64,000 bases of DNA from NCBI RefSeq assembly GCF_000143415.4, contig NW_003314287.1, forward strand, positions 68,783 through 132,782. Direction: 5' to 3'. This stretch comes from Selaginella moellendorffii. Lineage: Eukaryota > Plantae > Lycopodiophyta. Within the stretch, counting starts at the first letter, position 1. Each line of letters starts with the position of its first letter. A program made the position numbers and the translations under genes. A model generated the notes under the pieces. It had not been told where the DNA came from and did no database searches. It saw nothing but the letters and a program-made list of their open reading frames with translations. Below are positions 26,017 to 39,897 of the stretch, piece by piece.

Positions 26017-27388
26017 TCATTTGTCCGGCTTAAGATCGGCCAGGACTTCCTTCAAATCCGTCGGAGGCTTGGACTTGCCATTGATGATCTCGAATGTGAC
26101 GTTCGACAGTGGACAGAGTCCTTGCAAGCAAGCCTGAGCAATCACTGCAACGTCCTTTCGAGCAATGGTCCCCAGCCCTTTGTCACCTGCAGACAAAGCC
26201 AAAACCAGCACCGTCAAAAGAATTAGCTTCGCAACAAGAACTGTCAAAGGAAAAGAGCCCAAAAGCTAGAAAACGATGAGAGAGAATTTCAAGCAATATG
26301 AGTTCCTAGCGTCTCAACTCACCTTGTTCGGCGATGATCTTGTATTGACCGCCTTCTTTGTTGAGTAATCCCCCGGGCCTGATGATAAAATACCCGAGCT
26401 CCTCGTGCTGGGAGTAGGCTTCCTTGACAGCTGCCTCGCCCTACAGCACAACAAGAGTCAGAGAGTTGGATGCTACCTACACGTGTTCGTGCAACAGCGA
26501 TGCTGAAACGTCAAACGGAAAGCGAAATGAAAGCTGACCTTAAGCTTCCACACCAAAACTCGACCTTTAACCGCATTGAGAATGAGAGAAATGGGTGAGT
26601 AAGGCCTTGTCACTCCCATTGACGAGACGAGTACGAACTTTGGAACCTGGAAAATGTGAAAGAAAAAGAAGAGTTAAAAAATCTCGAGCTAGATAGCTAG
26701 CGCTTTGATGCTCTTACCTTTGCAGAAGCAGCGGCCTCGGCAAGGTGTTTAACTCCCAGATAGTCGACGAACTTTGGTGTGTCCTCCATGACAGAGCCAG
26801 GGAGCTTCCATCCAGCTCGAGCACCAATCGTGCACACAACCCCGTCCATTCCTTCGCAAGCAGGCGCCAGCGTCTCGGGTTTCGTTACATCACCAAGGAC
26901 GAATTTCACCTTGTCGCCTGCCAGAAGAAGAAGAAGAAAAAGAAGAACACTTAAGCCTGACACTACCAAGTCTCTAGAGTTCCTAGAGATTCAAGAAAAG
27001 TGGACAAAATTCACTGACTTGTGGAATCCAAGGCCTTGGTTGCTCGCTCCAAATTCCTCACGAGAGCATACACTTCAAACTCCTCGGACGCGGCGAGCAA
27101 TTTCGCGACCTGGAAAGAACCAAGAACACATCAAAACACCCCAAATTATGGAACGCAAACCCTGAGAGCACCGGCAGAAAACAGTCAAAGATCGATCAAA
27201 CACCCCGAAAACCCTGTGCGCTACCTCCATCTCGAGCATCGGCAAAGAGTGCCGCTAAATCACGATTCAATCTCGAAAGAATGCAGGCAAAGATCGATCC
27301 AACACCTCAAAATCCCTGCGCGCTCGTGAATGCAGCGCCATACCTCGAGGCCGCAGCCGCTGCTGCTCCCGACGACTAGCACCTTCAT
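26017..27388 (-). CDS. Multi-exon NAD(P)-binding Rossmann-fold protein (atypical SDR, Tic62/Ycf39-like)
   Basis: MKVLVVGSSSGCG, GDVTKPETL, VDYLGVKHL, FVLVSSMGV, IIRPGGL, GTIARKDVA. GT-AG introns. Confidence 0.88.
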
Positions 27389-27542
27389 CCCTCCGCCGCG
27401 ACGGAAATGAAAAACCCTAGTGCTGTTCTTCCAAGAGCACACATGTAAAGGCGGTGTGGTTTGATTTTTACTTTGGAAAGTTTCTAGCTAGTAATATTTC
27501 TCCCTCTCATATACCTTTCGATCGATCGATCCTTCACAGGGG

Positions 27543-28629
27543 CTAGAAAGAAGGCACGATTCCATCCGCCATAGCCGAGAGCACGAAATGCTCCACATCC
27601 GATCGCTTCACGAAGCGGCCTTTGATCCTTGGCCGGATCTCCGCGTAGGCCTTCCGGGACGCGTAGCGCACCGTCTTCTCGAATTTGCGATTCTTGCGCT
27701 TCTCCTTGTAGCGCAGCACTCGCTCCTCCCTGGCGATCCCGGGACTTTGCTGCTGGATGCCCTGCTCGCCTCGAGAAATCTGGCACAGGAACTCGATCAT
27801 GTTTCCTGGATAGGGTTTGGAGATGTCGCTCATGCTGGAGCTGGATTCCGGGACCGCCGCCACTGAGGAAGATCTCTGCGATGAATTGGCAGCACAGATC
27901 ATCAGAAGAAAGCACGAGAAATCTCTTTCCGCAGCGATTCTGTGTGGGAAATGCATCGCTGAGCAAAAGCCCTCTCTTGATTTCACGGTATCGAGCGAGA
28001 TTTTTGCGAAGAACACGCGAGAACTTTCTTGCAAGAACACGAAGAACACGCGAGAGGAGGGAGAGAGAAATGGCGCTTACTGTTTGGCTGAGAGAGATCG
28101 TTGTGCCAGTCCCTCCCAAGCTATAGGAGCCACCCTCGGGCTGTTCTTGCAAGAATCCCGGAAGATTTGGCGCTGCTCCCACCTCGAGGAAGGAATCGAG
28201 CGAATCGATCACGCCGAAATTCGCGAGAGGCTGCTGCTGTTGTTGTGGATTCTGCCAGCAATCCGGCGCGGCGAGGAGGAGAGGATTGTAGTTTGGAACG
28301 ACCGACGAAGCGTTGATGTGCGCGACCTTGATCATGCTTGGGCACTCAAAGAACGGCGTGACCGCGACCCTCTCGTGGCGATTGGCGAGCGGATTGGCCG
28401 AGTGGATGTCGGTGTCGCACGACGCGCACAGCGCCGCGGCATCGGCCTTGCAGATCACCGCCGCCGGGGCGTGCTCGCACACCTCGCAGATCCAAACCCT
28501 CTCGTGCCGCGACGCGAGCTTGTTGGCGCCGTGGACCTTGAGATCGCAGCCCAGGCAGATGTAAGCCATGTCCGCCGTGCAGTAGATCGCCGCGTTGGAG
28601 ACTCGACATCCATCGCAGAGCTTCGTCAT
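27543..28629 (-). CDS. COL: CONSTANS-like transcription factor (two B-boxes + CCT)
   Basis: B-box1 [22 protein letters not shown]-box2 [20 protein letters not shown]. One intron at ~27876-28080. CCT domain [40 protein letters not shown], ending GIVPSF. Confidence 0.95.
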
Positions 28630-28839
28630 CGATCGAGCAAGCACCAATCCGAAGAAATCTCTAGAAAATTTTCACTCCCGATGGAACTAGAATCGTCTAG
28701 GATCTTTTCCAATCCCTCCAGTGGCTGTCCTCTGGGCGGGAATTGCTGGATTGCCCCCCAGATCGCTGCTCTACTATCTCATTGCAGCGTGCGCTAGCGA
28801 TTTAATGCGAGATTTCATGTGGGTAGGGAACAGGGAGTG

Positions 28840-29150
28840 AAAAATCTGTGCGCGATCCGTCAGTACAGGCTGGATTACATTGGAAAATGGGGAAGAACAA
28901 TCGATGAGAGGGGGGTGTTTGCTTAGAACCCTAAAACCATGGACCAGCTGTGCGGATGATAATCGCAGGGAGCCCAACGCCGTCGATCCGGGCAGCCAAT
29001 CACATGATAGTTCTAGATCCTTTGCGTCTTCACGTGGCATTTTCACTTTTCCCGCCGGAGAAAAGAAGGGTCCAAAAACAAAAAATTGCGACAACGACCC
29101 CACTTGCCACTCTGGCCTTCTGCCATTGGTCCAGCGCACAGAAAAAATCT
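28840..29150. promoter_or_regulatory. Light/circadian motifs upstream of COL
   Basis: AAAAATCT (CCA1-binding-type) at 28840 and 29143, CCAAT near 28996, G-box CACGTG at 29031. Confidence 0.4.
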
Positions 29151-29723
29151 TTTCCCGGGCGCTCAGAGCTCCCGTATCTGGCGAGAAGATTTTCCGGAAT
29201 AGTTTTTCCGGGAGGATGAGGGATTCCCGGGCGGAAGGCTCTGATGATCTGGACCGTTGGATGTGTTGTCAGTATGAGGCCTCAGTGCTTTTCAATCGTG
29301 GCTCCCAACGACAAGCAGCTGTAAGAATGGATTCAAGAATCATGGCAACAAAAAGAGAGCACTATCTTTAATCAAAGTGGGGGCACAAAAAGGTTTAAAG
29401 TTTAAAAAAGGTCCAAAATGTTGAGCACTAGGGGAAACATTGGATGGAATTTTTTGTTCTTTATGCAAGTCAAGTTCTACTATAACTTCTAGAATGGAAA
29501 AATAGACTCCAGTTATAATTACAAGGTCAATGGTTTCTCAATGTGGGTTACAGTATTTTAACTTTAAACAATAACTTTAAATATTATAAATATAAATTTT
29601 TATATAATGCAATCTCACAAATGCTTTTACTTTTATTTGATTATATAATGAATATTAATTTAATAATATAAAAGAATTCATTTTGGATAAATAATGAAAA
29701 ATCAAATATGTCAATATATGGAA

Positions 29724-29833
<110 letters not shown>

Positions 29834-29924
29834 TATTAGATTGGCCCAAAAACTCTAATTTATATATATGAGCAAATGAAACTAATCCAATAACTATCAA
29901 CTCAATATACTAATAATAGTAAAC

Positions 29925-32900
29925 TGTAACACACTTGAATTTGAAGCCAAATTCCAAGTCTATTACATTATGAAACAAGGGTTTGATACACTTTTAATTT
30001 TACAAGCACCAACTCCCCATAGCTAACATTTGCACGCAAAATGGTATTTAGGATGATTTTGGCATACCAATGGTCTAATGTAAAGAAAAGGGTATCCCAC
30101 CAACTAAAGCAGTATAGAGCTTAAACTTAAACCTAAGCTAAATATAAAACAAAGAGCTACATAAGCCCAATAGAGCTAAACTAATGTTTCAGGTGGTCGG
30201 ATATCTATTATACATTTGAAAACCCTTATAGCTCCAAGCCACCCATAGTATTAAAAGTTAGTCTTTGGGACAAGTGTGAAAACTTATTAAATATGAAATG
30301 GTATTAAATTGCAAATTTGGGAGTAGGAACAACACCAAGGGTTCAAGACACTCTCTAAATTATATAGATATACCCTTTAGGTGGATCTAAACACTTACTA
30401 TAAATAGCATATGGTTCTAAAACAGAACCAACATATAAGGTATGATAACAAGGGTGTTTAGCAGATATGGTAGGCTACCATATAACAATCTTGAGGGATT
30501 AATCTTAATATTATAAGGGTTCCCAACACTAGTAAGTGCAAGCAAATAACATAAATTTTTTATCACTGTATCAAGTATGCTTAACTTAATGATAATTTAG
30601 GATTTTCTTCCTTAGTGCCCTTCCAGTTTAAGTGTATATATGCTAGCTAGTTTCTCAACTAACTTGGGTGGAGATCATAAAGGGAATCAGTAGTACCAAC
30701 CTTTTGTTGTTATGGCAGTAAAGAAAAAATGTCTGCAAGGAATACTTGATAAATATCTTTCAATACCCAAAGTCACATTTGCAACACTCTCTCCCCCTTA
30801 GAGAAGATTAACATCATTGTTGATACATACTTAAGTCTAGCAAACTATCAAGGAAACAACTTTGAATGTTAATGGAAAGCACACTATATGAGAAAGACAT
30901 CAACTTAAATGAGTTATAAAACTACTTTTCATCTACGTCCAAAGATGTTAAAACTCAAACACTTTCCAGCCATCATCAACAAGGAACTAATTAACAAAGT
31001 TAGCCACCCTTGTTGCTTCAAGTACCACTCGGATTACAAAGGAATGATACATCCTTGCTTGCAAGGACATAGGGAAAGAGCTAGAGGCCCAAGTTCCCTT
31101 GAGCAAGAAATGAACTCCATTGGGAAGATTTAGAATCTATTATAAATTGGCAAATGAAGTTGTTTAATTGACCATGCCCCTTTTTAAAAATGAGTCGAGA
31201 GAGAGGTAGGGATTTGTGATCGGTCTATAATAGTTATCCCCATGGTTATGGATTGAACCCATGTATTGAAGTGCTAAAATCAACTTGGCAAAATTGATCT
31301 TAAAACTAATGAACGAGAGAAATGAAACTTTTGATTTTATAGACATACATTTTTTTATTGATTTGTAAGAATTATTACAAGATTTACAAGAGCTATTCTT
31401 TATTTTGATTCTCATACTCCATGACAAGCTCACAAGTATGCATAAGGTCCTAAGAGGCTCCCAAGTTAATTCACAAAATAGATAACCTTTTTATTTAATT
31501 AAATATTCTTTACCACATGCCTTATAAGATAAAAGAATGGCCTCAACCTTGTACTAAAGTTCACCATTAACAACATTCAGAGTTGGACGAACGTCCAAAG
31601 AGTGGCCAAAGTCCCTATAATATAGGGCTAGTAAACTGACATGAAACACATTATGAAGACTAGACATCTTTTTTGGAAAATTCAATTGATAGAGTATATC
31701 ACCAATCTACTTCAACATTTGATAGGGACCAACATATCTTGATAACAGCTTTCGAGACAAATATCCCTTCACATTTAAACTTCAAGAAAATAGCCACACC
31801 TGATCTCCCATGTGATAGAATACATCCCAACGATGTTAATCCTTATCACATCAATACCTATCCTGAGCTTTGGCCATTGCTTTAGTAGCTCTAGACCAAT
31901 TTTTGACATAGCTACTCCACATAAATCTCAATAGCCGAGACCAACGCTTCAGACATTTGTTTCGGTATAACAATTTGTTGAAAAACCCCACAAGCATTTC
32001 CTTGTAGCATCTTCCATAGGGAACAACCAATACCGCTATGAAATGTCTTGTTATAACAGATCTCTGCTATATCTAAATGCTCAACCTAGTTGTGTTGGTC
32101 TGCCACGACATAATACCGTAGATAATCCTTAACTTGAGCATTCACACATTTGGTCTGCTCATCAATTTGAGAATGATAAGTTGTATTAAACTTCAACTTT
32201 ATATTAAATAACTGGAATAGTATGCTCTAAAACTTCCCCATAAATCTCTAATCTCTATTTGAAATCATCTCTTCAAGAAGATCACAAACCCATACTAATT
32301 CATGGAAAAAACACTTTGCTACTTGCTTCACATTTATTGTTTCTACAGCTGGAATGAAATGTGCAATCTTTGGCAATTAATCCACAACCACCATTAAGTC
32401 CTCCAATCAGTTTGAACTGATTGTTGACATTGCCTGGAATTGAGCCTAACAACTCAATGCATCCAAAACAATATTGTCTTTACCAGATTTATAGATGATT
32501 TCAATATCAAATTTAGCGAACTTCTCTTGCCAACAAGCTTGCTTTGGCATAAGCTTCAACTGCGTAGCAAAGTAGTTTAATGTGTTATTATTTGTATAAA
32601 CCTTGGTATTTCCACCTAAATAGAAATTGGATGAAATACAATAAAGATGGCCAATGCACAAGAATTAGATGTTTGCTATAGTGTTGTCATCATAATATAT
32701 AAGATAACAAATGTGTCTAAATAATCTCTAAATATTATATCCATTATTGTACTGAACGTTGTTAGAGCATTACATAACCCAAATGGCATGACAAGAAACT
32801 CATATGATCCATTCTAAGTTTTAAAGGTTGTCTTTTGCACATCCTGATCTACCACTCGTATCTAATGATACCCGGACCATAAATTAAGTTGTGTAAAATA

Positions 32901-35900
32901 CTTAGCCTTTAAGAGTTGGTTAAACAAGTCATCAATGCGAGGCAAAGCATAATTTTTTTGACTGTGATTTTGTTGAGTGCCCAATAATCGATACACATCC
33001 TCATGGTTCCATTTTTTTCCATAACAAAAAGGATTAGTGCTCTATAAGGTGACTTGTTTGGTTAGATATGACCTTTGTCAAAAAGTTCTATAAGTTACTT
33101 TTTGAGTTCAGCCATTTCTTTGATGTTCAAATGATATAAAGCCTTCATAAGTGATTTAGAACCCAAAACAATCTCAATCTGATAATCAACTTCACGGCTA
33201 GGAGGTATCTTTAGCAGCAAATCCTTTGGAAAGATATCTTGATTCCATACTAACAACTCTAATATTTCTTTTAGTACAAGATCAACCCCATCACCAATCA
33301 AATTGAGTCACCATCACCCTCAGCTTCCATCACTTGAACGCAAAAAGTCCAACATCCTTCCTTAGCTGCTTTTTGAGTGGCTCTCGCAGTTAAAAACTTA
33401 GCATCCCAATCCTTTAAGGAGTGCTTTTACAATTGGAAAGACACATCAAGACATCCTTCTGACCTCAATGTGATATGACTTTGTGTAGCTCCTTAAATCC
33501 CTTTTTATAAATTTGTCAAAGAAATCCATACCACACCATATGAAAATTTGGTATCTTTAACACCACCAAATCCAATATTTCTTTCCACTTGGATATTTTT
33601 AGTAGAATATAAGTCATAAATCTTCTAGCTGCTTACCCACCTTTTGCAAATTGGAAGTATATGGATAACCTTTGCTCAATTTTCAATCCTAATAACTTTA
33701 CTAAGTCTTCAAATATCATGCTATGTGTAGCTTTTGTATCAATCATTAATTGGTTTTGGTGTTCATGGATAAAGCCTATTAGATATATCAATAGATTAGT
33801 GTTTGCATTGACTATGAGAAAAGCTTGAGGAAAGTAATGAAAGTAACTCACCTCCTCTTCCTCACAATCTGCATTGACCAACTCATCAACCCCCTCAGCT
33901 TCACCACCATCATCTTCCCTTATGATATTAACACAAGATCTTGTCCTATGCTTGTTAAGACACATTCCAAAGACCTATATCCTATCTCTTCATAATGGAA
34001 GCAATGACCCACATTACTCATTCTGCTAGGAGCAAGTTTTGCAAGTTGCTACTACTTGTACTCGTTAGAAAGAGGAATAGAGAGAAGTTGCTAGTGATCG
34101 CTAATAACCATGTTGCTTGTGAGCCTCTAGGGCAAACCCAAACTTTCTAAGAAATAATTTCAAGCATCTTTGTCACTCATATTTGCAATCATAATATGCT
34201 CTAAGCAAATGCATTAATGTAATGCATAATGTCCCCTCGCTGCTTTAACCACCACAACTCTATGCAAAGTCTCAAACCAAGATTGTTTGATAAGTATTCC
34301 TTATAGATACGAGACTGCATCTTAGTCCAACTTCTAATGCCATCAAGTTTTGGCATGATCGGTGAGAAAGGACTCCACACACACAACTGTCATACAATTA
34401 CTTATGTCTGCTGATATAAAATTGTTTTCCATATCATAGACTCAATCTTCCAAAACCTAACAATATTATATGCCTCTGAAATTAAGTGGTTTTGGAGGCT
34501 TGCTTAGGTTTAGCTAGTTTAGCTACCTTAGCTTCTTTCTTCCTCCTTTTGTTTTCCTTTTTCAATTTGCAAACTTCTTTTTACAAATTCTCAATCTTAT
34601 TTCCTAAGCTATATACTACAATGTTGTAACATTAAGCTCTTCCTCCTTTGATTCAACCTTAGCCTCTTCCATAGCAGGAGTTTCCTCCTCTCGATTTGTC
34701 CATTTAGAGGTTTCAGCATCATCAATATGGTTCCTTTTCACCATTTTGCTAAGTGTATGTATGCCTCTATCAGTAATTGAACATACATATAATGTTCTTA
34801 TCAAATGGTGCAATCCAATTAATTCTACACAAGTCATTTTGGATCTACTAGAGAATTCTCTGCATATGCAAATTGAGTTAGAAATTTTGACAAAAGTTGG
34901 ATAAAAATCATTGAGACAATTCTTCTGATACCGAATGTAGCACATTTGAATTTAGAGCCGAACTCCAAGCCCGTTACACTACAAATAAGGGTCTAATACA
35001 CTCTCAATCCTATGAGCACCATCTCCCTATATCTAACATCTACATGCAAAATAGTGTTAGATGGTGTTTAGCACAATTTTGGCATACTGATGGCTTAACG
35101 CAAGGAGAAGGGTACCCCACTAACTAGAGTAATGTGGAGCTTGGGTCTAGACCCAAGCCAAACGCAGAACAAGAAGCAATATAGCCCAATGGGAACTAAA
35201 TTAATATCTTAGATGGTCAAACATATATTCCAACCACTATCCCTATTATATACTTGGAACCCCATATCCCCCCACCCTCCACACACACATGTGATTTAGG
35301 CTTTAACCTTTAGTCTCCCTTAGTACCAGGAGTTAGTCTCTGGGACAAGCATGAAAACTTACTAAATAATATTACAATCTAAATAGTATTTGGAAGTTAT
35401 ACCCTAAAATTCTTAACTAATAAAGAAAAGGGTGCAAATATCATTATATGGCAGTTTACCATGTCTACTATACACTCTCATTATCATGCTTTATATGTTA
35501 GTTCCATTCCAAAATTATATACTATTTATAGTAAATATCCAGATTTGCCTAAAGGGCATATCTACAGAATGTAGAGAGTGTCCTAAACCCTTGGTGTTGT
35601 TCCTGCTCCTAGATTCACAACCTATACCATTCTAATTCTATCAATAAGAGGAGACTATTGAGGGATTAATCTCAATATCGTTATCAACATTAGCAAGTGT
35701 AAATCAATAATATGAATTTCTTATTATCGTGTCAAGTATACTTGACTTAATGATAACTTAGGATTTCCTTCCTTAGTGCCCTTTTGGTTTAAGTCCATAT
35801 GTGCTAGCGAATCTCTCAACTAATTTGGGCAGAGACCACAAAGGGAACTAGCAATCTTAATCTTTTACTGTCATAATAGTAAGGATAGAGTGTTTGTAAG

Positions 35901-35947
35901 GACTAGCTAACAAATATCTTTCAATACTTGAAATCACATTTGCGATA
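29925..35947 (-). mobile_element. Full-length but degenerate chromovirus (Ty3/gypsy with chromodomain)
   Basis: LTRs at 29925-30786 and 34936-35947. TSD TAAAC on both sides. PPT at 30787-30800 and tRNA-iMet-like PBS at ~34922-34933. Protease MIDTKATHS, RT, RNase H, integrase VFHVSLL, chromodomain YKVEAIL..EYLIK.KGY..TWEP (~31440-31570). Confidence 0.9.
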
Positions 35948-36330
35948 TAAACCTTATATCATCTCTTCTTTTCAGAAGAATAAAATATAGTTAGGGTCTC
36001 CTAGTTGATAAGTTAAAATTTAGAGAAACTTTAAAAGAAGGCTTTAGTGGGTTTGTATATAATATAATTTATCTCTAATCCCTTTGTATAAAGTGTTTTA
36101 GCCATTAAAAATATAATTTATTTGTTAAATATTATAGTAAACTTCATAAACTACTTGTTATAACACTTGATATAATCAATTTCCATTAAGCAAGGAGCCC
36201 CTTAAATAAATTATGTATTGTAAGATTGGGATACTTATATTATAATTGTGGAATTTATATCAATATTTTAACTTTAAATAATAAATTTAAATATTTTAAT
36301 CATAAATTCTTACTAGAATCCAATATCAGA

Positions 36331-36373
<43 letters not shown>

Positions 36374-37076
36374 CTTTATCTGATTATATAATGATTTTTT
36401 AATTTTCATTTAATATTTCATTTTGAAAATAACTAAAATAAAAAATATTAAAGAAGTTAACTTTTATTTTAATCATTATCACTCTAAAATTAGTATTTTA
36501 ATGATTAAAACAACAAAATCAAATACCTATTATAAGGTTAAGCTGTATAGGTACACTAATATTAGGACTTTGATATCCATTAGATTGATTTAATTCAGAC
36601 CACTTGCTATTATATATAAATTAATGTTTTTTAGGCTAATTAGATATGCACATTTTTATATTCCATTTCCATATTCTGTGAACTTATATTGGTGGGGGTG
36701 AAGAGTAACTCTGATTATCCTTGGAAAATGCTTGGATTTATGTTTTTTATTTAGATCTAGGTTTTGTATTATTTAAATGTCTCTTATTCCCTTAGCTTTT
36801 TCATTTCTTCACTTTTACTTTTCAAGTTTTTTTTTTCAATCATCTTTATGGTAGAATGACATACTATTAACTCTAGAGCAATAATTGGTGTAATTGCTCA
36901 ATGCTATATAGTTGTAGTTGACCAATAAAACTCAATTGATAGTAGTGTTCATAGCATATGATGCAACTCATCTAGCTCTTGCTGTCAATCTTTGCATCTG
37001 GCCAAATTTTTTTACATAAGAATTTTGGGGATGATATTTATCATTGGTTTGATCATTTTATAATAATTGCCATTTA

Positions 37077-38224
37077 TGTCGCGAATGTGATTTCAGGTAT
37101 CGAAAGTTATCTGTCGGCTAGTCCTTACGGACACTCTTACCTTACTGCCACGATGGCAGGAGGTCGGTATTGCTGGACCCTTTATTAGTCCCTCTTGTTC
37201 AAGTGTTAGTAAACTGGACTTTGCATCTGTACTTGGCTGGATGAGCATAAGGAAGGAATTCCTAAGTGTCTATTTAGCTGAGCATACTTGGCCCAGCTTG
37301 TTAGTTCTCTTTTGCTCTGTCTTGCACTGGCTTGACAAAAACCCTCGCGTATTGAGATTGGTCCCTCAATATCGCTACATGATAGCTTACCGTGTCTGCC
37401 AAACACCCTCGCTATCATGCCCTTTGTGTTAGTCTCATTTCGGTCCCAAATGCTATTTATGGAAAGTGTCCAGATTTGCTCATTTGGCATATCTACGGAA
37501 TGTAGAGATCGGCCTGAACACAATGGTGTTCGTCTCGTGTCCAAATTCACAATCTAGGGACATTCCATATTTAGTAAGTTTCGAGCTTGTCCCAGAGACT
37601 AACTCCTGATACTAAGGGAGGCTTGGGGTGAAAGCCCAAAGCGTGTGTTCCTCAAGGGGGGGGGGGGGGGGGGGGGGGGGGCTATGGGGGGTTCCAAATG
37701 TATAGTAGGGATAGTGGGTAGGTCGGGCATGGCCGACCAACCTGAGGCATAGTCTAGCTCTCGCTTGCGTGCCTGTCCTTGTTCTGCGTCCGGCTTGGGT
37801 CTAAGCCCAAGTTCCATTCCATGCTAGTTGGTGGAGTACCCATATCCTCGCGTTAGGCCACCGGTATGCCAAAATAGCGCCAGACTCCGTTTGGCTCCAT
37901 TTTGCATGCTAGTCCTGGCATTGGGATGCTGGTTGCTCCAGGACTGTTCCAAGTCGCTCCGGGCCCCTGTCCCTTCGCTCTTTGGGCTATATGCTCGAGA
38001 GTTGCTCCGTGGTTCGGTTCCATCACTCCTTGGCTCTATGCTTGGGAGTTTGGCACCGTTCCTTCGTTCAGTGGCCCAAGGCCCTGAACCTCGGGTTCCT
38101 GTGGACACGTGGCATGGACACGTGGCATCTGTCACGTGGCACAAAGAGGGTTTAGGTTCCGCTTCGTGGTGTTATCCTATGGTAGATCACCATAGGATAA
38201 AGGGTCAAAACCACGTGCGCTACA
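37077..38224 (+). mobile_element. Solo LTR of the same chromovirus family
   Basis: TG...CA ends, TSD ATTTA (37072-37076, 38225-38229), collinear with the reverse complement of 29925-30786. Poly-G run at ~37655-37681. Confidence 0.88.
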
Positions 38225-38732
38225 ATTTATTATTCTTGGGATGATGACTAGTGTTTGTGCTAGTTCCCTATGTACAGAAGGCATTGCAAAGGTATAATGG
38301 CTTGAGTGCAGCCATTTATATGGATTAAAACCTTCTCTTAGATATCTTTAAGCATGCATCTAGACATACTGATGATTGTGATAATGCCTTTTAGCAATTA
38401 TATCATTTCTATCAAGGGTTACTTAAGTCAATTATGCAATTTGGTGTTCATTTTTAGAGTCTCTTGCTCTATACAAAGTTAAATATATCAAATCTTTTGA
38501 GATTTGTGCATGCATTTGCCTTAATTAACCTTAACTCTTCAATTAGCACAATGATATGAGATATTATCTTTCCCACTTATAGCGTTCTATTAGTGTTATT
38601 GCAATGGAAGGTCAAGACATTATCTCTCCTATTTATAGCTTTCTATTAGTGTTGCTACAATGGAAGTTGCACAAATAGTGGAGGGACTAAATACCTTTAT
38701 TTCTTAGGTTCTATTTCTTAAATGAAAACCAA

Positions 38733-38974
38733 TGGTGTGATTCTCATACCTAATCAATAGAGTTGGACTTAAGACCCCTCTAATACCAAATGTAAGTTCA
38801 TGAATTTGAATTCTTGAGAAATCACTCAACTCAGTACTATTCAAACCCAAAGATGTTTAACCCCAAAACCTTAATTGATTGGAAAAGGGGGTGCATTTTT
38901 GTTCAAAGGCCCTTTTCTTTTATATTTGGACTTATATAAATCATCTTTCAAATCGTTCTATTTGGTTGCTTATA
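38733..38974 (-). mobile_element. Truncated, degenerate Cassandra-type copy (LTR + PBS + partial internal domain)
   Basis: LTR 38791-38974 aligns to 10314-10508. Decayed PBS (ctctaatacca) and internal sequence match 10255-10311. Confidence 0.8.
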
Positions 38975-39600
38975 TATAACTTTTCTATTCCTCTCCTTTG
39001 TTAAATAATATGGTGATTCCAAATATGTACCCTATACTACCAATTTTCTAAATTATTGAAGTGAAGTTATTGGTAATTGAATCTTGCTTCCTAGTACTTA
39101 CAACTTTTGATGGCTAAGAAGGATATTCCTAATATTACTTTTCATATACCATTTAGTTTGTACAAGTTGAACAAGGCTTTAATAATTTTTCAATAGATAA
39201 TGGATAAGGTTCTTTGTGATATGCCTTAATACATTTTAAGAGGATGTAGAAAGAGCATATCCATGATATTCATAAAGTGTTGGATTGGATGTAGAAAGTT
39301 TGTTTAAAGTTGAAGTGGTTAAAGTATGTATTTCAATCTAAAGATACGATTTATCTTAAGTACCACAGTTCTTGTGAAGATTTGTCAGTTGATCTTGACA
39401 AACCTATAACTATTCTAAAGTTTCTTATTCGAAAGTATGTGAATCATGTGTAATACTTCTTTCATAAAGTGTAATATCTTAATTAAATTATTGATCATCT
39501 TTCTGTTTATACTACACCATTGCGAGCATTGATGAAGTCATCTAAGCAAGTTTGAAAACTATGAGTAAGCATTTGTAAATCTTAAAGAGGTGGTAATAAC

Positions 39601-39897
39601 TGTAAATAACTAAAGAGAATGACTCGAGAAATAGTCCATAGGGTTTAAATATAGAGGGAAAGGGCCCATGAATAAGAGGGCACCTCCTTTTCCAATCGAT
39701 TTTGGGATACTTAGGGTTAAGTGTTTTTGGGTTTGAATACTACTAGGTTGGATGATCTCATGAGAAGTTTAAATTCAGGAACTTACATTTGGTATCAGAG
39801 GGGTCTCGAGTCCGACTCTATTAGTTGGCTAGGGGAATCGCACCACAAGTTGATTGATATCTTGTTAGTCCAGTTTGTTCCCACTGGGCTCAACCCG
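39601..39897 (+). mobile_element. Truncated Cassandra-type copy (LTR + PBS + partial internal domain)
   Basis: LTR 39601-39787 (tgtaaa...acttaca), PBS TGGTATCAGAG at 39790-39800, internal sequence matching the reverse complement of 10205-10300. Confidence 0.85.

Noticed and set aside
27817-28797. 326-aa + strand ORF
   Set aside because: Antisense shadow of the GC-rich COL gene with no motifs.
37599-38244. ORFs with poly-Pro or Leu-rich stretches
   Set aside because: They lie within a solo LTR, and the poly-Pro comes from the poly-G run.
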